From assembly GCF_009914755.1 (NCBI RefSeq), contig NC_060925.1: a DNA stretch of 64,000 bases. One strand, 5' to 3'. Source of the stretch: the human T2T-CHM13v2.0 reference genome, Homo sapiens. The position numbers were made by a program, and so were the translations under genes. The notes below the pieces were generated by a model that searched no databases, was not told where the DNA came from, and saw only the letters and a list, made by a program, of their open reading frames with translations. This document shows positions 26,873-42,356 of this stretch, piece by piece. Position 1 is the first letter of the stretch. Each line of letters begins with the position of its first letter.

Positions 26873-27660
26873 AGATGATAGGAAACAAGTTCATTATCCT
26901 GAAAACTGGCAAATGTATCAAAAAGTCAACGGTATCCCTGAGAAGCCAGATAATAAATGAGGGAAATGTCTGCTTATAAAAGATTCCGGGTAATAAAAGC
27001 AAGCTGTAGAATTAAAATAGTACATTTTGCAACCCCCAAAAAACAATGGATCTAGGCGTTAATCATTAACAGCTGTAAACATCTTAAAAAGAGAAACAAT
27101 CATTACATGTTCCTTTTGCAAGAACACAATGCTATCTATATAGCTTGCCAAATAGCTAGAATCTGAGTCATAACATGTCTCTGGATTCAGCCACCATTTG
27201 CAGGAAATGATAAAGGCAGAGAAATAAGTGGAAATATCAGTGGTATCTAATCAGCAAAACCAGGAAAGGCAAAGGCCTAGGTTCTTCAAGAAGTAAATAG
27301 ATAAACGGTTAACTTACTATTGTAAGGACAAGAAAGAGAAAATTTATAGATTGACACAGACTAAAATATATAATTTATTTTAATGAGGAAGACTACATTA
27401 TGATGTCCCAAGAAAATCTGGGTAATACAGCTATAAAAGAATGCAAGAAAGTCATTTATAAAGGTTAGGATGATAGTTACTTAAGGAGTTGAGAATCAGG
27501 CCAGGCTATTATTGAAGCCACATACTTGCAAAGAGCTTCTGGGTTGACTGGCAAGTTCTGTTTCTTTATTTGGGTGGTACAATAACTCATTAAGACATAT
27601 ATTTATTTTGTGCATTTCTGTGTCTGCATTTTATTTTGGAATAAAAACATTTTTAAAAGA
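26873..27660 (+). mobile_element. L1MC-type 3' region, continuing the 25190-25379 fragment
   Basis: Reads tcctgaaaactggcaaat...cattttgcaaccccc...aatggatctagg...gttctgtttcttt...gggtggt. Confidence 0.55.
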
Positions 27661-27974
27661 ACTGGAAGTAGTAGCAGGCAAAAGGGAGGAGGTCCAATTA
27701 CTATTTCCCTGAAAATCCCAAATAAATGATTACACATTTTTCCTAGGCGTTAACTATACTGTAGTCACTTTAAACAACAAACCAGCCAAAACCAACAGTA
27801 TCTGGAAATTTTTGAAATAATATATCCTCATCTTTCTATGAAATGCCTTGTTTCCAGTATTCAAGATATTCTCATTCAGCTAACTTGAAAGGAGTAGTGC
27901 GATTTTAGATTATGTAAAAACCTTTTTCTTGAAGATGTCCAATTTATGAAATAGTCTCATGAATATCAAAGGAC

Positions 27975-28090
27975 AGCAAGGCGTGGTGGTGTGTTCCTAT
28001 AGTCCCAGCTACTGAGGAGATTGAGGCAGGAGGATTGCCTGAGTCCAGGAGTTCAAGGCAAATTTCAGAACATCTCTGAAAAATAAATAT
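27975..28090 (+). mobile_element. FLAM_A/FAM-like Alu monomer
   Basis: Reads gtggtggtgtgttcctatagtcccagctact...ggattgcctgagtccaggagttcaagg. Degenerate TSD atcaaaggac/atcaaatgac. Confidence 0.7.
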
Positions 28091-29358
28091 AAATCAAATG
28101 ACTTTGATTTAGTACATTTTAAATGAATATAAGTTTATGTAATAAAAGTACGTCTGGATCCTGCTAGAAATCTTTTTAGGCTCATATGACATATCAAATT
28201 AACTTAAAAATGAGAAAACACAAATCTACCCATTTAGGCTCGCATTCTGCCCCTTTTGGTCAGCTTACCAGAGCTGGCTCACTAAATCCAAAGATAATTA
28301 AAATACCTTAAGATAAATTTTAGGATGCATAAGATGCTGGAATGAGGTCCAGGAATTTGCATTCACACATAACACAATCAACCTTTAAGAATCATGTTCA
28401 GTGAGTAATCTCCCCATTATTTCTTAATTAGCTACATATTTTTGACACTCCAGATAATAAGCACGAACTCTTTAAGAATCTCAGAGAAAAAACTGAGAAA
28501 CTAAAGTACAAGCTATAATTGTCCTAAGAATATGCAATGATTTATAAAATTGAAAGTTTCTATTCCTTTTCTTCTTGAAGCCATATTGTAAACTGTTTTA
28601 ATGAGACACAACTGAAATTTAAAATAATTTTCTTCCTTTTGTTTAAGTAAATTTGAATTGTTTTTGGCTATTCGTAAGACATCTCTCTATTTACTGAAAT
28701 GTTTTCTGCTCCTGTGTAGAGATATGTGCTTTTAATTATGCTTGTCATAAACACTTTAAAATTAATTTTATTCAAATTTATTTTATATTATTAAATTACT
28801 GAAAATTTGATTTTCAGTTTTTTTGCTCTATTTATTAACATTGCTTTTGATACAGATGAAAGCTATCGAATATGATCTTTTTAAATCAGTTATCTTACTA
28901 AACAATCAAATATTCTAAATTTAGGACATTACACATTTTAAAGTACATTATTAATTTAACAATTATGCTTTACGATAAACATTTAAAAATCTAGAAAACA
29001 AAAGAAAGATATTCTACTGCATCAAAATTACACATATATTTTAAGTCACATTCTAATTTTGAAACCTTTGTAATATTTCTAATTTAATTAACATTCGAAA
29101 AGATTAATGTATGAAAAACTTTGTATCTTGTTATCGAGGACTTTTCTATATGATTGTTTCAAGGTGAAATTCATGGTCATTTTTAAGAAAAGAGCATATC
29201 ATCAGCAAATAATTCGTTTTATTTTCAATTTCTTTTGCAAAATGCATCCTTAACAACTTTCAGAAACATGTTTAGCAATGAAATTTATAGTAGGTCACAT
29301 TGATTTATTTTTGCATTTTGTAAAAATGTATCTAAGGTTGTCCTTTGATATAGTTTAT

Positions 29359-29540
29359 TTGTGTGTGTGTGTATGCATGTATATGTGCATGTACATACAT
29401 ATATACTATATAGTATGTATATGTGGACACATACTGTATATGAATATATTTGTATGTATTTGTATAAGTAGGTAACACACATTTGTGGATATACATATGT
29501 GTGAGTGTGTATACATACATATAGGTAGTATATGTATATT
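29359..29540. repeat. (TG)/(TA)/(CATA) low-complexity microsatellite tract
   Basis: Direct reading. It explains three spurious overlapping ORFs. Confidence 0.85.
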
Positions 29541-29609
29541 CTCAGATTATGTATAGTAATGTTCATTTAGTTTTTCCATTTTCACTCTATCCATGCTGTT
29601 AATCACATT

Positions 29610-31300
<1,691 letters not shown>

Positions 31301-31611
31301 GAATGGCAACAGAATGACACACTCCTCTAGACCTTGTCAGGTAATAATAAGGTATCTTCAAATAATATAGTGTTTATAAGTGTTATAATCTAACATGTAT
31401 TATATGCTGTAATAATATGAATCAAATGAGTAGACAATTTTAATGGTATTTAAATACAAAAAATTAGAAAATTGTGAAAATCTTTTTCATATTTGTATCT
31501 CTATTTTTTAATCAGTTACCTGCAGCAAAGTAGGCAAACAATAAATATTCATTTGAATGATTGAAGCTCAGCATGTTGCTTATGGTTTAAAGAGTAGACA
31601 GGACATTTTAG

Positions 31612-31975
<364 letters not shown>

Positions 31976-32644
31976 AATTTTATCACTATCTTATGTACTT
32001 TTTTAAGAAAATTCCCAAATGACTTCTAACACCAAAATATAAATTATTAGCTAGCAACTCTTATTATTGTTATTCAAAAAGAGAAAATAATTTACAAAGT
32101 TGAACTTCGCAAAATGTTTACCATAAATAAAATGTACAGTCATCAGTGGCAAAGAAATTTCTAAGGGTTTGGGGCTAAGTAACTAAATGAGTATTCATAT
32201 AATCGATAACATGGTTTAAAACATTCATAAATGTATATTTCCCAATAAACTTGAACTGTACAAGTAAACAAAATGATTCTTTTAAAAACTTATAAATATG
32301 TATAACCACATAAAATGTACAAATATGTGTAATATATAAAAACTGCTTAAATAATCCACAATATTTACTGGATAGCTCAGAACAGCACCATGGTGGAATA
32401 CTTCACTGATATTCCCATACAACATGGTGACAGTTTGCAGGGCCACTGCTGAACAAATCAAATATTCTGAGGCTCAGGTAAGAAAATAAAATGGCCCAAA
32501 AAGATGTTAAAGGCACCGTAAAGGGAATTAATGGATCTGTAAGTTAACATACAAACATAGTAATAACACCTTTAGATCATCTTATGAAGGCATATTAGAC
32601 CTAATGTAGGTCCCTACAGTGTAGCTCCCTTACATTATCCAGTT

Positions 32645-32951
32645 TTTTTATTTTTTATTTATTTTGAGATGGAGTCTCACTCCATCACCCAGGCTGTAGT
32701 GCCGTGGCACGATCTAGGCTCACTGCAATCTCCACCTCCCTGGTTTAAGCGATTCTCCTGCCTTAGCCTCCTGAGTAGCTGGGATTCCAGGGGCATGGCA
32801 CCACACCCAGCTAATTTTTGTAATTTTTTTTACTAGAGGCAGAGTTTTACCATGTTGGCCAGGCTGGTCTCGAACTCCTGACCTCAGGTGATCTGCCCGC
32901 ATTGGCCTCCCAAAGCACTGGGATTACAGGTGTCGGCCACTGCGCCTGGCC
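32645..32951 (-). mobile_element. AluS (Sx-like)
   Basis: Contains gacctcaggtgatc. TSD attatccagtt at 32634-32644 and 32954-32964. Confidence 0.9.
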
Positions 32952-34513
32952 ATATTATCCAGTTATAAAATGAATTTAAGAACTACTTGGGTTGACATGC
33001 TTTACATTAACTTGTTCATATTCAGCAAAATAAAAGTAATAATAGTAACAATAACAATAATTCCCTGAGTTCTTCAAATCAAAGTTAATATAGATATCTA
33101 TGTTCAGGGAAATATGTAAATTTAAGAAATATATCAGAAATGACATTTTTGAGAAATACCACTTCAAAGAAAAATTAGTTGCACTTTTGCTTTCAAATTT
33201 TAGCCAGAAATGAAACTGTATTTTGGATTATGCTTAAGCACTATTTTGTCCCCATGCCTCTTGGGATTCTTCAACTATAACTAATCAGATACTTAATAGT
33301 GGGCCAGTAGATATCTTCCTGGCATGTGATTGCTAAAGATTCTGGAAGTCTAGGCATTAGAAATTTGAAGAGTCCTTTACTCAATTCAAGTGTTATTATT
33401 AGAAAGTTATCCTGTGCATGACTGCCTTTCTGAAGTCTGAAAGATATTTTTCAAAGATGCAACTGTTGACAACATGGCAATTTGCACTCAAGGATCATTC
33501 AAATTTTTAAAATAATAAAGACTTGCGTAACATTGATTAAAATAAGAAAACCATATTGCGTACAATGAGGTAATGAAAAAAAGAAAGATTAATTCTTACC
33601 AGTAAATGTCCTATGAATGAGTTATAAGTATCAAACAAATAATATATGCCAGAAACTAGGCATTGGGTGTTATTATCATTCCATTAAGTCTTATCTGCTG
33701 AAAGTGATGAATACATTTTCTGCTTAACTACATTAATAATACAGTTTTATATATATATAATATATATTTATATCCAACTGTAAATATATAGTTGAAGATA
33801 GTTATGTATCAATATGTATATATAAACATATTTAACACTGAAATTTTTAAAACAAAATATCTCACAAATATTTATTAACTCATAAATATTTTATAGTGAG
33901 TAACAATATTAAATGGTGCATATTGCTTATGAAGTGTATTTTACTATGTGTAAGTTTTCCTGTCTTCAGATACTGATAATAACATAAAAGCTGAACTTAA
34001 CCAAACACAGTAAATGTTACTCTTTTCAGTTAGGTTTACATATTATATAAAATTTACTTAGGCTAATTGGCATGAAAAATGAATGTAATGAGGATACGTA
34101 TTGTAAAATAGTTTATCACTACTATATAAATCTCTTCTGACAAAGGCTTAGCTTATGATTTCATTTTATATTAAGAAAATGGGTTTGGAGACAGGACTAG
34201 ATACAATCAAAGTATAATTGGATGTCACCACAGTCTTATCACTTCAGGTACCTAAGGGGAAGGAAGATCCCCAAAGCGGGAGAAGCAACGCCTGGTTGTG
34301 TCTACAGAGGTAGACCATTGATGACCTCTCTTCTCTGTCCTTCCTAAAACATAAGTCTCCAGATCTCCTCTGATCTATGAAATGTCAAAGGAGTTGAACA
34401 GCCATCCCCAACAGAGATCAAAGGAATGAGTGTGCATAAATTCTGAGTGTATCTAACTAGAAATGTGTTTGTAGATCTTGTTATAGCTTGTTTCAATATC
34501 TCAATTTATTTTC

Positions 34514-36305
34514 TTTCTTTTGTTGTTGTTTTAATACTTTAAGTTCTGGAATACATGTGCAGAATGTGCAGGTTTGTTACATAGGTATACATGTGCCATG
34601 GTGGTTTGCCGCACCCATCAACCCGTCATCTACATTAGGTATTTCTCCTAATACTATCCCTCCCATTGCCCTCCACCCCACAACAGGCCATGGTGTGTGA
34701 TGTTCCCCTCCCTGTGTCCATGTGTTCCCATTGTTCAACTACCACTTATGAGTGAGAACATTTGGTGTTTGGTTTTCTGTTCCTGTGTTAGTATGCTGAG
34801 AATGATGGTTTCCAGCTTCATCCATGTCCTTGCAAAGGACATAAACTCACTCTTTTTTATGGTTGCATAGTATTCCATGGTGTATATGTGCCACATTTTC
34901 TTTATCCAGTCTATCATAGATGGGCATTTTGGTTGATTCCAAGTCTTTGCTATTGTGAATAGTGCTGCAATAAACATATGTGTGCATGTGTCTTTATAGT
35001 AAAATAATTTATAATCCTTTTGGTATGTATCCAGTAATGAAATTGCTGGGTCAAATGGTATTTCTGGTTCTAGATCCTTGAGGAATTGCCACACTGTCTT
35101 CTACAATGGTTGAACTAATTTACACTCCCATCTACAGTGTAAAAGCATTCCCATTTCTCCACATCCTCTCCAGCATCTTTTTTTTCCTGACTTTTTAATA
35201 ATCGCCATTCTAACTGGAGTGAGATGGTATCTCATTGCGATTTTGATTTGCATTTCTCTAATGACCAGCGATGATGAGCTTTTTTGCATATGTTTGTTGG
35301 ACACGTAAATGTCTTCTTTTGAGAAGTGTCTGTTCATATGCTTCGTCCACTTTTTGATGGGGTTGTTTGTTTTTTTCTTGCAAATTTGTTTAAGTTCCTT
35401 GTAGGTTCTGGATATTAGTCCTTTGTCAGATGGATAGATTGCAAAAATTTTCTCCCATTCTGTAGGTTGCCTGTTAACTCTGATGATAGTTTCTTTTGCT
35501 GTGCAGAAGCTCTTTTGTTTAATTAGATCCAACTTGTCAATTTTGGCTTTTGTTGCCATTGCTTTTAGAGTTTTAGTCATGAAGTCTTTGCCCATGCCTA
35601 TGTCCTGAGTGGTGTTGTCCAGGTTTTCTGCTAGGGTTTTTATGGTTTCAGGTCTTACATATATGCCTTTAATCCATTTTGAGTTAATTTTTGTATAAGG
35701 TGTAAGGAAGGGGTCCAGTTTCAGTTTTCTGCATATGGCTAGCCAGTTTTCCCAACACCATTTATTAAATAGGGAATCCTTTCCCCATTGCCTGTTTTTG
35801 TCAGGTTTGTCAAAGATCAGATGATTGTGGATGTGCAGAATTATTTCTGAGGCCTCTATTCTTTTCCGTTGGTCTATATATCTGTTTTGTTACCAGTACA
35901 ATGCTGTTGTGGTTACTGTAGCCTTGTAGTATACTATGAAGTCAGGTAGCATGATGCCCCCAGATTTGTTCTTTTTGCTTAGGATTGTCTTGGCTATATG
36001 GACTCTTTTTTGGTTCCATATGAAATTTAGAGTAGTTTTTTTCTAATGCTGTGAAGAAAGTCAATGGTAGCTTGATGGGGATAGCATTGAATCTATAAAT
36101 TACTTTGGGCAGTATGGCCATTTTCATGATATTGATTCTTCCTATCCATGAGCATGAAATGCTTTTCCATTTGTTTGTGTCCTCTCTTATTTCCTTGAGC
36201 AGTGGTTTGTAGTTCTCATTGAAAAGGTCCTTCACATCCCTTGTAAGTTGTATTCCTAGGTATTTTATTCTCTCTTTAGCAATTGTGAATGGGAGTTCAC
36301 TCATG
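34514..36305 (-). mobile_element. L1PA7-like element: non-inverted 3' part (ORF2 C-terminus, 3'UTR, tail)
   Basis: Minus-strand ORFs 34735-35094, 35101-35595 and 35942-36322 are ORF2p C-terminal pieces, including the CCHC region [19 protein letters not shown]. The 3'UTR is L1PA7-type. Confidence 0.92.
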
Positions 36306-38124
36306 CTTAGATTCCCACACAATAATAGTGGGAGACTTTAACACCCCACTGTCCATATTAGACAGATCAATGAGACAGAAAATTAACAAGGATATTCAGG
36401 ACTTGAACTCAGCTCAGACCAAGTGGACCTAATAGACATCTACAGAACTCTCCACCCCAAACCAACGGAATGTACATTTTTCTCAGCACCACATAGCAGT
36501 TATACTAAACTTGACCAAATAATTGCAAGTAAAACACTCCTAGGCAATTGCAAAAGAACAGAAATTATAACAAACAGTCTCTCAGACCACAGTGCAATCA
36601 AATTAGAACTCAGGATTAAGAAATTCACTCAAAACTGCACAACTACATGGAAACTAAACAACCTGCTCCTGAATGACTACTGGGTAAATAACAAAATTAT
36701 GGCAGAGATAAGTAAGTTCTTTGAAACCAATGAGAACAAGGACACAATGTAGCAGAATCTCTGGAACAAAGCTAAAACAGTGTTTAGAGGGAAATTTATA
36801 GCACTAAATGCCCACATGAGAAAGTGGGAAAGATCTAAAATGGACACCCTAACATCACAGTTAAAATAACTAGAGAAGCAAGAGCAAACAAATTCAAAAG
36901 TTAGCAGAAGACAAGAAATAACTAAGATTAGAGCAGAACTGAAGGAGATAGAGACATAAAAAACCTTTCAAAACATCAATGAATCCAGGAGCCAGTTTTT
37001 TCAAAAGATTAACAAAATAGATAGACCACAAGCCAGACTAATAAAGAAGAAAAGGGAGAAGAATCAAATAGACACAATAAAAAATGAAAAAGGGGATATC
37101 ACCACTGATCCCACAGAAATACAAACTACCATCAGAGAATACCATAAACACCTCTACGCAAATAACCTAGAAAATCTAGAAGAAATGGATAAATTCCTGG
37201 ATACATACACCCTCCCAAGACTAAGCCAGGAAAGAGTAGAATGCCTGAATAGATCAATAACAAGTTCTGAAATTGAGGCAGTAATTAATAGCCTACAACC
37301 AAAAATTCCCAGGACCAGACAGATTCACAGCCGAATTCTTTGTACCAGAGGTACAAACAGGAGCTGGTAACATTCCTTCTGAAACTATTCCAAACAATAC
37401 AAAAAGTGGGACTCCTCCCTAACTCATTTTATGCGGCCAGCATCATCCTGATACCAAAACCTGGCAGAGACACAACAAAAAAAGAAAATTTCAGGCCAAT
37501 ATAACTGATGAACATCGATGTGAAAATCCTCAATAAAATACTGGCAAACTGAATCCAGCAACACATTAAAAAGCTTATCCACCATGATCAAATTGGCTTC
37601 ATCCGTGGGATGCAAGGCTGGTTCACCATACACAAATCAATAAACATAATCCTTCACATAAACAGAACCAATGACAAAAAACACATGATTATATCAATAG
37701 ATGCAGAAAAGGCCTTCGATAAAATTCAATACCCCTTCATACTAAAAACACTCAATAAACTAGGTATTGATGGAATGTATCTCAAAATAATAAGAGCTAT
37801 TTATGACAAACCTACAGCCAATATTATACTGAATGGGCAAAACTGGAAGCATTCCCTTTGAAAACGAGCACAAGACAAGGATGCCCTCTCTCACTACTCC
37901 TATTCAGAATAGTGTTGGAAGTTCTGGCCAGGGCAATCAGGCAAGAGAAAGAAATAAAGCATATTCAAATAGGAAGAGAGGAAGTCAAATTGTCTCTGTT
38001 TGCAGATGACATGATTTAGAATACCCCATCATCTCAGCCCCAAAACTCCTTAAGCTGATAACCAACTTCAACAAGGTCTCAGGATACAAAATCAATGTGC
38101 AAAAATCACAAGCATTCCTATATA
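36306..38124 (+). mobile_element. Same L1 insertion: inverted 5' part (ORF2 endonuclease to RT)
   Basis: Plus-strand ORF2p pieces [11 protein letters not shown]...SDHSAIKLE and MQGWF...[11 protein letters not shown], plus the FADD codons at ~38000. The whole 34514-38124 unit is bounded by TSD tcaatttattttc at 34501-34513 and 38125-38137. Confidence 0.92.
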
Positions 38125-40008
38125 TCAATTTATTTTCAATAATTATTCTCACATTTGGTTTAAGTTTCCAGGTCCTTCTGTGTGGTTAACACCATTTATG
38201 GTCATGTTGATTGTTTTAATCAGTACATTTCACAAAGCGGTATTCATTGCTGAAATTTAATGCATAACCACACCTCATATATGAACTACTATACTTCATA
38301 TTTCTCTTAATAACTCATCTTACCTCCTGCTATCCAGAAGGTCAAGAACTGCTTGGTATTTAGAGGTATCTTAACTCTTTCAGGTCACTAGAAATGAGCA
38401 ATTTATTAAATGGATTCTGAGTACTTGCTACGAGTTAATGCGGTTTCAAAGAAGGGATTTGTTGCTATATCACTCAAAGGATCAGGTCAAATAGCCTTTC
38501 TCCCTTCCATTTTCTACAATTGCTAAAGATATAATTTGGGCTCCATTTTAAACTAAATCCTTGGATAGGGAGGCATCTGAGTCTGTCCAAACCAGCTCGC
38601 AATGCGTTTATGAGGCACAGGGTTATGGCAGCCTACTCCTCAGGGTTAAGCTCTCAAGTTGGGAGAAAGCTTTCTCTATCAGAGACCTGAAACTTTAAAC
38701 TCTTTCTCCACTCAGAGACACCTCATTCTCAATATTACAGCATTTAGAAGAGGATGCAGAAGTTATTTTCACACTTAAGAACTCTCAGTCAGCCAAAGAG
38801 GCTAGTTGAAGGTCATTCTTTTTGCTTCACTCTGAATTTTATGTACTTAAATGGTAAGAAATGTATCTCCTTCCTCTTCTGTTTCCTTACTTTAATAGAT
38901 TTCAGAGTTTTTCTTTGTGACAGATAAGTAGCAATATCTGCACTAAGAAAAGATCAAATTTCTATGCAATTATATTTCTTTGCAATTAGAAACGCCATAG
39001 TAACCACAATATGAATTTTTCTTTATCTATAAATGTCTAAATCATTTATATTGGTTACATTTACTTTCTTTTTACAGGTCTTTTTGTGTGATTAACACCT
39101 TTTACAGGTTTGTCCATTAATTAAATTATTTGGCTTCAATTATTTTGTATGCTATTGTAGGTACTACCACAAGATAACATTTTAATTTCTTGTATTAGTA
39201 GCTTGTAATAGAGCAGGAGAGTTACTCCAATTCAGCATCACAGGAGTGAGCAAGTTCAGGGACTGGGATCCAACAGGGAAACAAAGCAGAGGTGGGTTAA
39301 CTATTATCAAGACAAGCAAAAGAATTGCTAGCAGTTTCATGAGTGGGTTCTTATGCCAAAATCCTGCAGGGATCTCTGAGCCAGACTGGAAAAAAATCAT
39401 GATGTCTTGCATCTCAGTTGTCAGCCCTACAGTAATAAATTTTACCAAGGGAGATTTCTCTTCCTCCTGCACCAGCCTTCCACACAGCTGAAACCAAAAT
39501 TCAGAGGAAAATAACAGTAGGAGTACAGGGCAACATGAAGTGGGAAGAAAAATGGGGCATATTACAGGAATAGCTTTAGGAACAGTTCAACGATGCCCAA
39601 CTTCATGTTACCAACATCAGGGGCTGCCTGCTGGAATCAGCTGTTTTCCTCTGCACATATATTTGCCCTCCACCTGAGCCAGGTGTTCTTCATTACCAGT
39701 TCATCCAGGCAGGCCATGCTGGGATTGTTTCATGTATTCACAGATACTATGTTTAAACCTCTGAGTTGTGGCCAAAAAGAAAAAGTCAAGCAAACACATA
39801 AAATCTGGTTTCACTTATAAAGGTGCTTTCTTGTGTAGGAACAGGATATCTGCCCTCCTTATTCAATATTTTCCTCTTAGTTCCTGCAGGTGTCCTATGT
39901 TCTAGACTGCATAACAGACCCAGGAGCATGAGAAATGGCCCTGTAGTGAGATGTCAGAGCTAGTTTGGAGTTTCAGTTCCCACATAATTGGCTAACTGTA
40001 GTGATAAT

Positions 40009-40392
40009 TGATAGGGTTTTGATCTGTGTCCCTACCCAAATCTCACGTCAAATTGTAATCCCGTGTTGGAGGAGGGGCCTGGTGGGAGGTGACTGGATCA
40101 TGGGGGCGGACTTCCCCCTTGCCGTTCTCATGATAGTGAGTAAGTTTTCATGAGATCTGGTTGTTTTAAAATGCGTAGCACCTCCCCCTTCACTCTCTCA
40201 TTCTCCTTCTCTGGTCATGTAATACATGCCTGCTTCCCCTTCACCTTCTGCCATGATTGTAAGCTTCCTGAGGCCTCCCCAGCCATGCTTCCTGTACAGT
40301 CTGTGGAACTGTGAGTCAGTTAAATCTCTTTTCTTTGTAAATTACCCAGTCTCAGGTAGTTCTTTATAGCAATGCAAGAATAGACTAATACA
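40009..40392 (+). mobile_element. MSTA MaLR solo LTR
   Basis: TG...CA termini and a perfect 5-bp TSD ataat at 40004-40008 and 40393-40397. Contains gccatgcttcctgtacag, typical of MST. Confidence 0.9.
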
Positions 40393-40399
40393 ATAATTA

Positions 40400-40540
40400 T
40401 GATGGCGAACCCTCCATAGTGGTAACCCCGTGCTGTGTGCTTTGCTTAATTTATCTCAATTAATCCTCACAACACTAGGTAGACTCAATTATATCCCCAT
40501 TTACATGGATGAGGAACTATAAAGCACAGAGATCTTGAAT
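40400..40540 (-). mobile_element. MIR fragment
   Basis: Reads taatcctcacaac...atccccatttacatggatgaggaact. Confidence 0.6.
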
Positions 40541-41013
40541 GTTCAAAAAGTATTTCCTAGATATGGATGAATACATTCAGCCATGATGAATATATATTGG
40601 GTACCTTGATGTAGTCCCAGTCCTCATGGAAATTGTGTCTTATTACATAGCAAAGAAGGGCAGGAGGGAGGAAATGAGTGAACATGGAGTTCTGGAGGTA
40701 GGTGCAGGACTCAAAGGAGAGCAGGCACCATTGCCCTAGGCAGATTGAATCGTGAAATGAGTTGCAGTATGAAGAAGCATGACTTAAAGTTGGGGAAGTC
40801 AGAAGGGAAAAAAGGCATTTTTAAAAGCATGAGATAGGTGAGCTCTGATTCTCTAGTAAGGATGTTTGATCTCTGACCTGTTTTGTAATACCTTCTGCCT
40901 GTGGGTGGCCCCAGGGTTAATTGTGGCCAGAAGGGGCCCTGAAGCTTTTGGGCAAATCCACCCTGGAAGAGAGACCAGGACCAAAGATGCTGAAAATAAT
41001 TCACGTTTCTGAC

Positions 41014-41017
<4 letters not shown>

Positions 41018-41063
<46 letters not shown>
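41018..41063. repeat. Pure T46 homopolymer
   Basis: Direct count. Confidence 0.95.
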
Positions 41064-41065
<2 letters not shown>

Positions 41066-42199
41066 ATTTGGAACATTCTACCTTGTTCTATATATTCTGA
41101 AATTCATGTCCTTCTGGTTCTTTGGTTCTTGTCTGTCTCTTGCTTCTGGCCTAATTTTTGTTTGTTTATTTGTCCTTACGCTCTTTTCATGTGCCAAGAT
41201 CTAGCTTATAAATTAGAATTTGCCTAGTTATTTTGCTAACTGGTGATGACTCCTGCCTCTGCCTGGATTCTTATTAAAAACAAAACAAAAAAAATCTGCG
41301 TTGATGCTCTGCTTTGATGAATAGCCCCTGGGCCTCACCAGTATTTACCTCCTCTCTCAAGCAGTTGGACTGAACAATATCTGCCATTTTCTCCAGTTTT
41401 AGTTCCTGTAATTATATTCTATTATAGAATGATTTCTAGGATAACTTCTGTGATTTGTATTCCATGTCTGCCTAATCCATTCACATTGTTTAAGTAATTC
41501 AGTGCTTTTTAACACAAGGCAGGTTGGAAATGAAAAGAGACTTGTTCCTCAGGTACCTGAGAAAAATAAAAGATAGAAAGGGCTTCAATTACTCAGCCCT
41601 GGCCATTCTTTCTCCTTTGACACTAAGGTCAAGATTCTCATAGTCATGGCATTATTCCTTTCATGGTAGTGTGGTCCTGGCAACATTCACCCCTGGGCTG
41701 CTCAGATCTGTACCTCTTCTGCCTGAGGGAGAGACAGACTTATAGGTCGGAATCACAGGACACGATTTTAACAAAATGAATGGAACTAAAACCACAGAAA
41801 TACAGCCCACATCATTTTCATTTTACTCTTTCTATCCTCTCTCTCTCTCACTTTCCATCCACCAAAGAAAGCCTATGCACACTGCTAGGACCCCTCTAGC
41901 TGCCACTGGAGTGGATAACCTCTTCTATTTCTCATTGCCTTAATTTCCTCTCGTTTCCAGCAGAGAAAGGAGATTTCACAACTGGCTCTAAATGCTTCTT
42001 TGTCTTACATAGGAACATACTTAATAAATACAGTTTATTCCACTGGCAATGTATAAGTAGTTAGTTATCTTTTGTTTCATGACCTTTGTTAGTCACATCA
42101 TACTCAACCATAGAAGTGTGATTATATCAGTGAGAATTTTTGCTTCTGTTTTAAAGATTCCAAATACCTACTGTTTAGGTGTTGGTTAACCCTTTTTAT

Positions 42200-42356
42200 T
42201 TTTTTATTTTTCACTTTTCTCATCTTTAAAATGGCGATCATAATAGAACCTACTTCAAATGGTTTTAAGAAAGACTAAATAAGATTACATATGTAAAGCA
42301 CTTAGAAAAGTCTGGCACACAGTAACTTGTAGGTATTATTATTATTATTATTATTG
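42200..42356 (+). mobile_element. MIR 3' half with an (ATT)n tail
   Basis: Reads ctcatctttaaaatggcgatcataatagaacctac...gtaaagcacttagaa...ctggcacacagtaa. Confidence 0.75.

Noticed and set aside
29278-29566. Overlapping ORFs on both strands
   Set aside because: They are caused by stop-poor (TG)/(TA) microsatellite sequence.
32385-32483. Kozak ATG (accATGg) with a strong downstream donor (cag/gtaaga) as a first coding exon
   Set aside because: There is an in-frame TGA before the donor and no promoter or CpG context.
33738-33802. AT-rich palindromes, also at 10605-10680, as miRNA-like hairpins
   Set aside because: The self-complementarity is explained by alternating TA/TG simple repeats.
40711-41076. 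Poly-lysine ORF
   Set aside because: It is an artefact of translating the T46 homopolymer.
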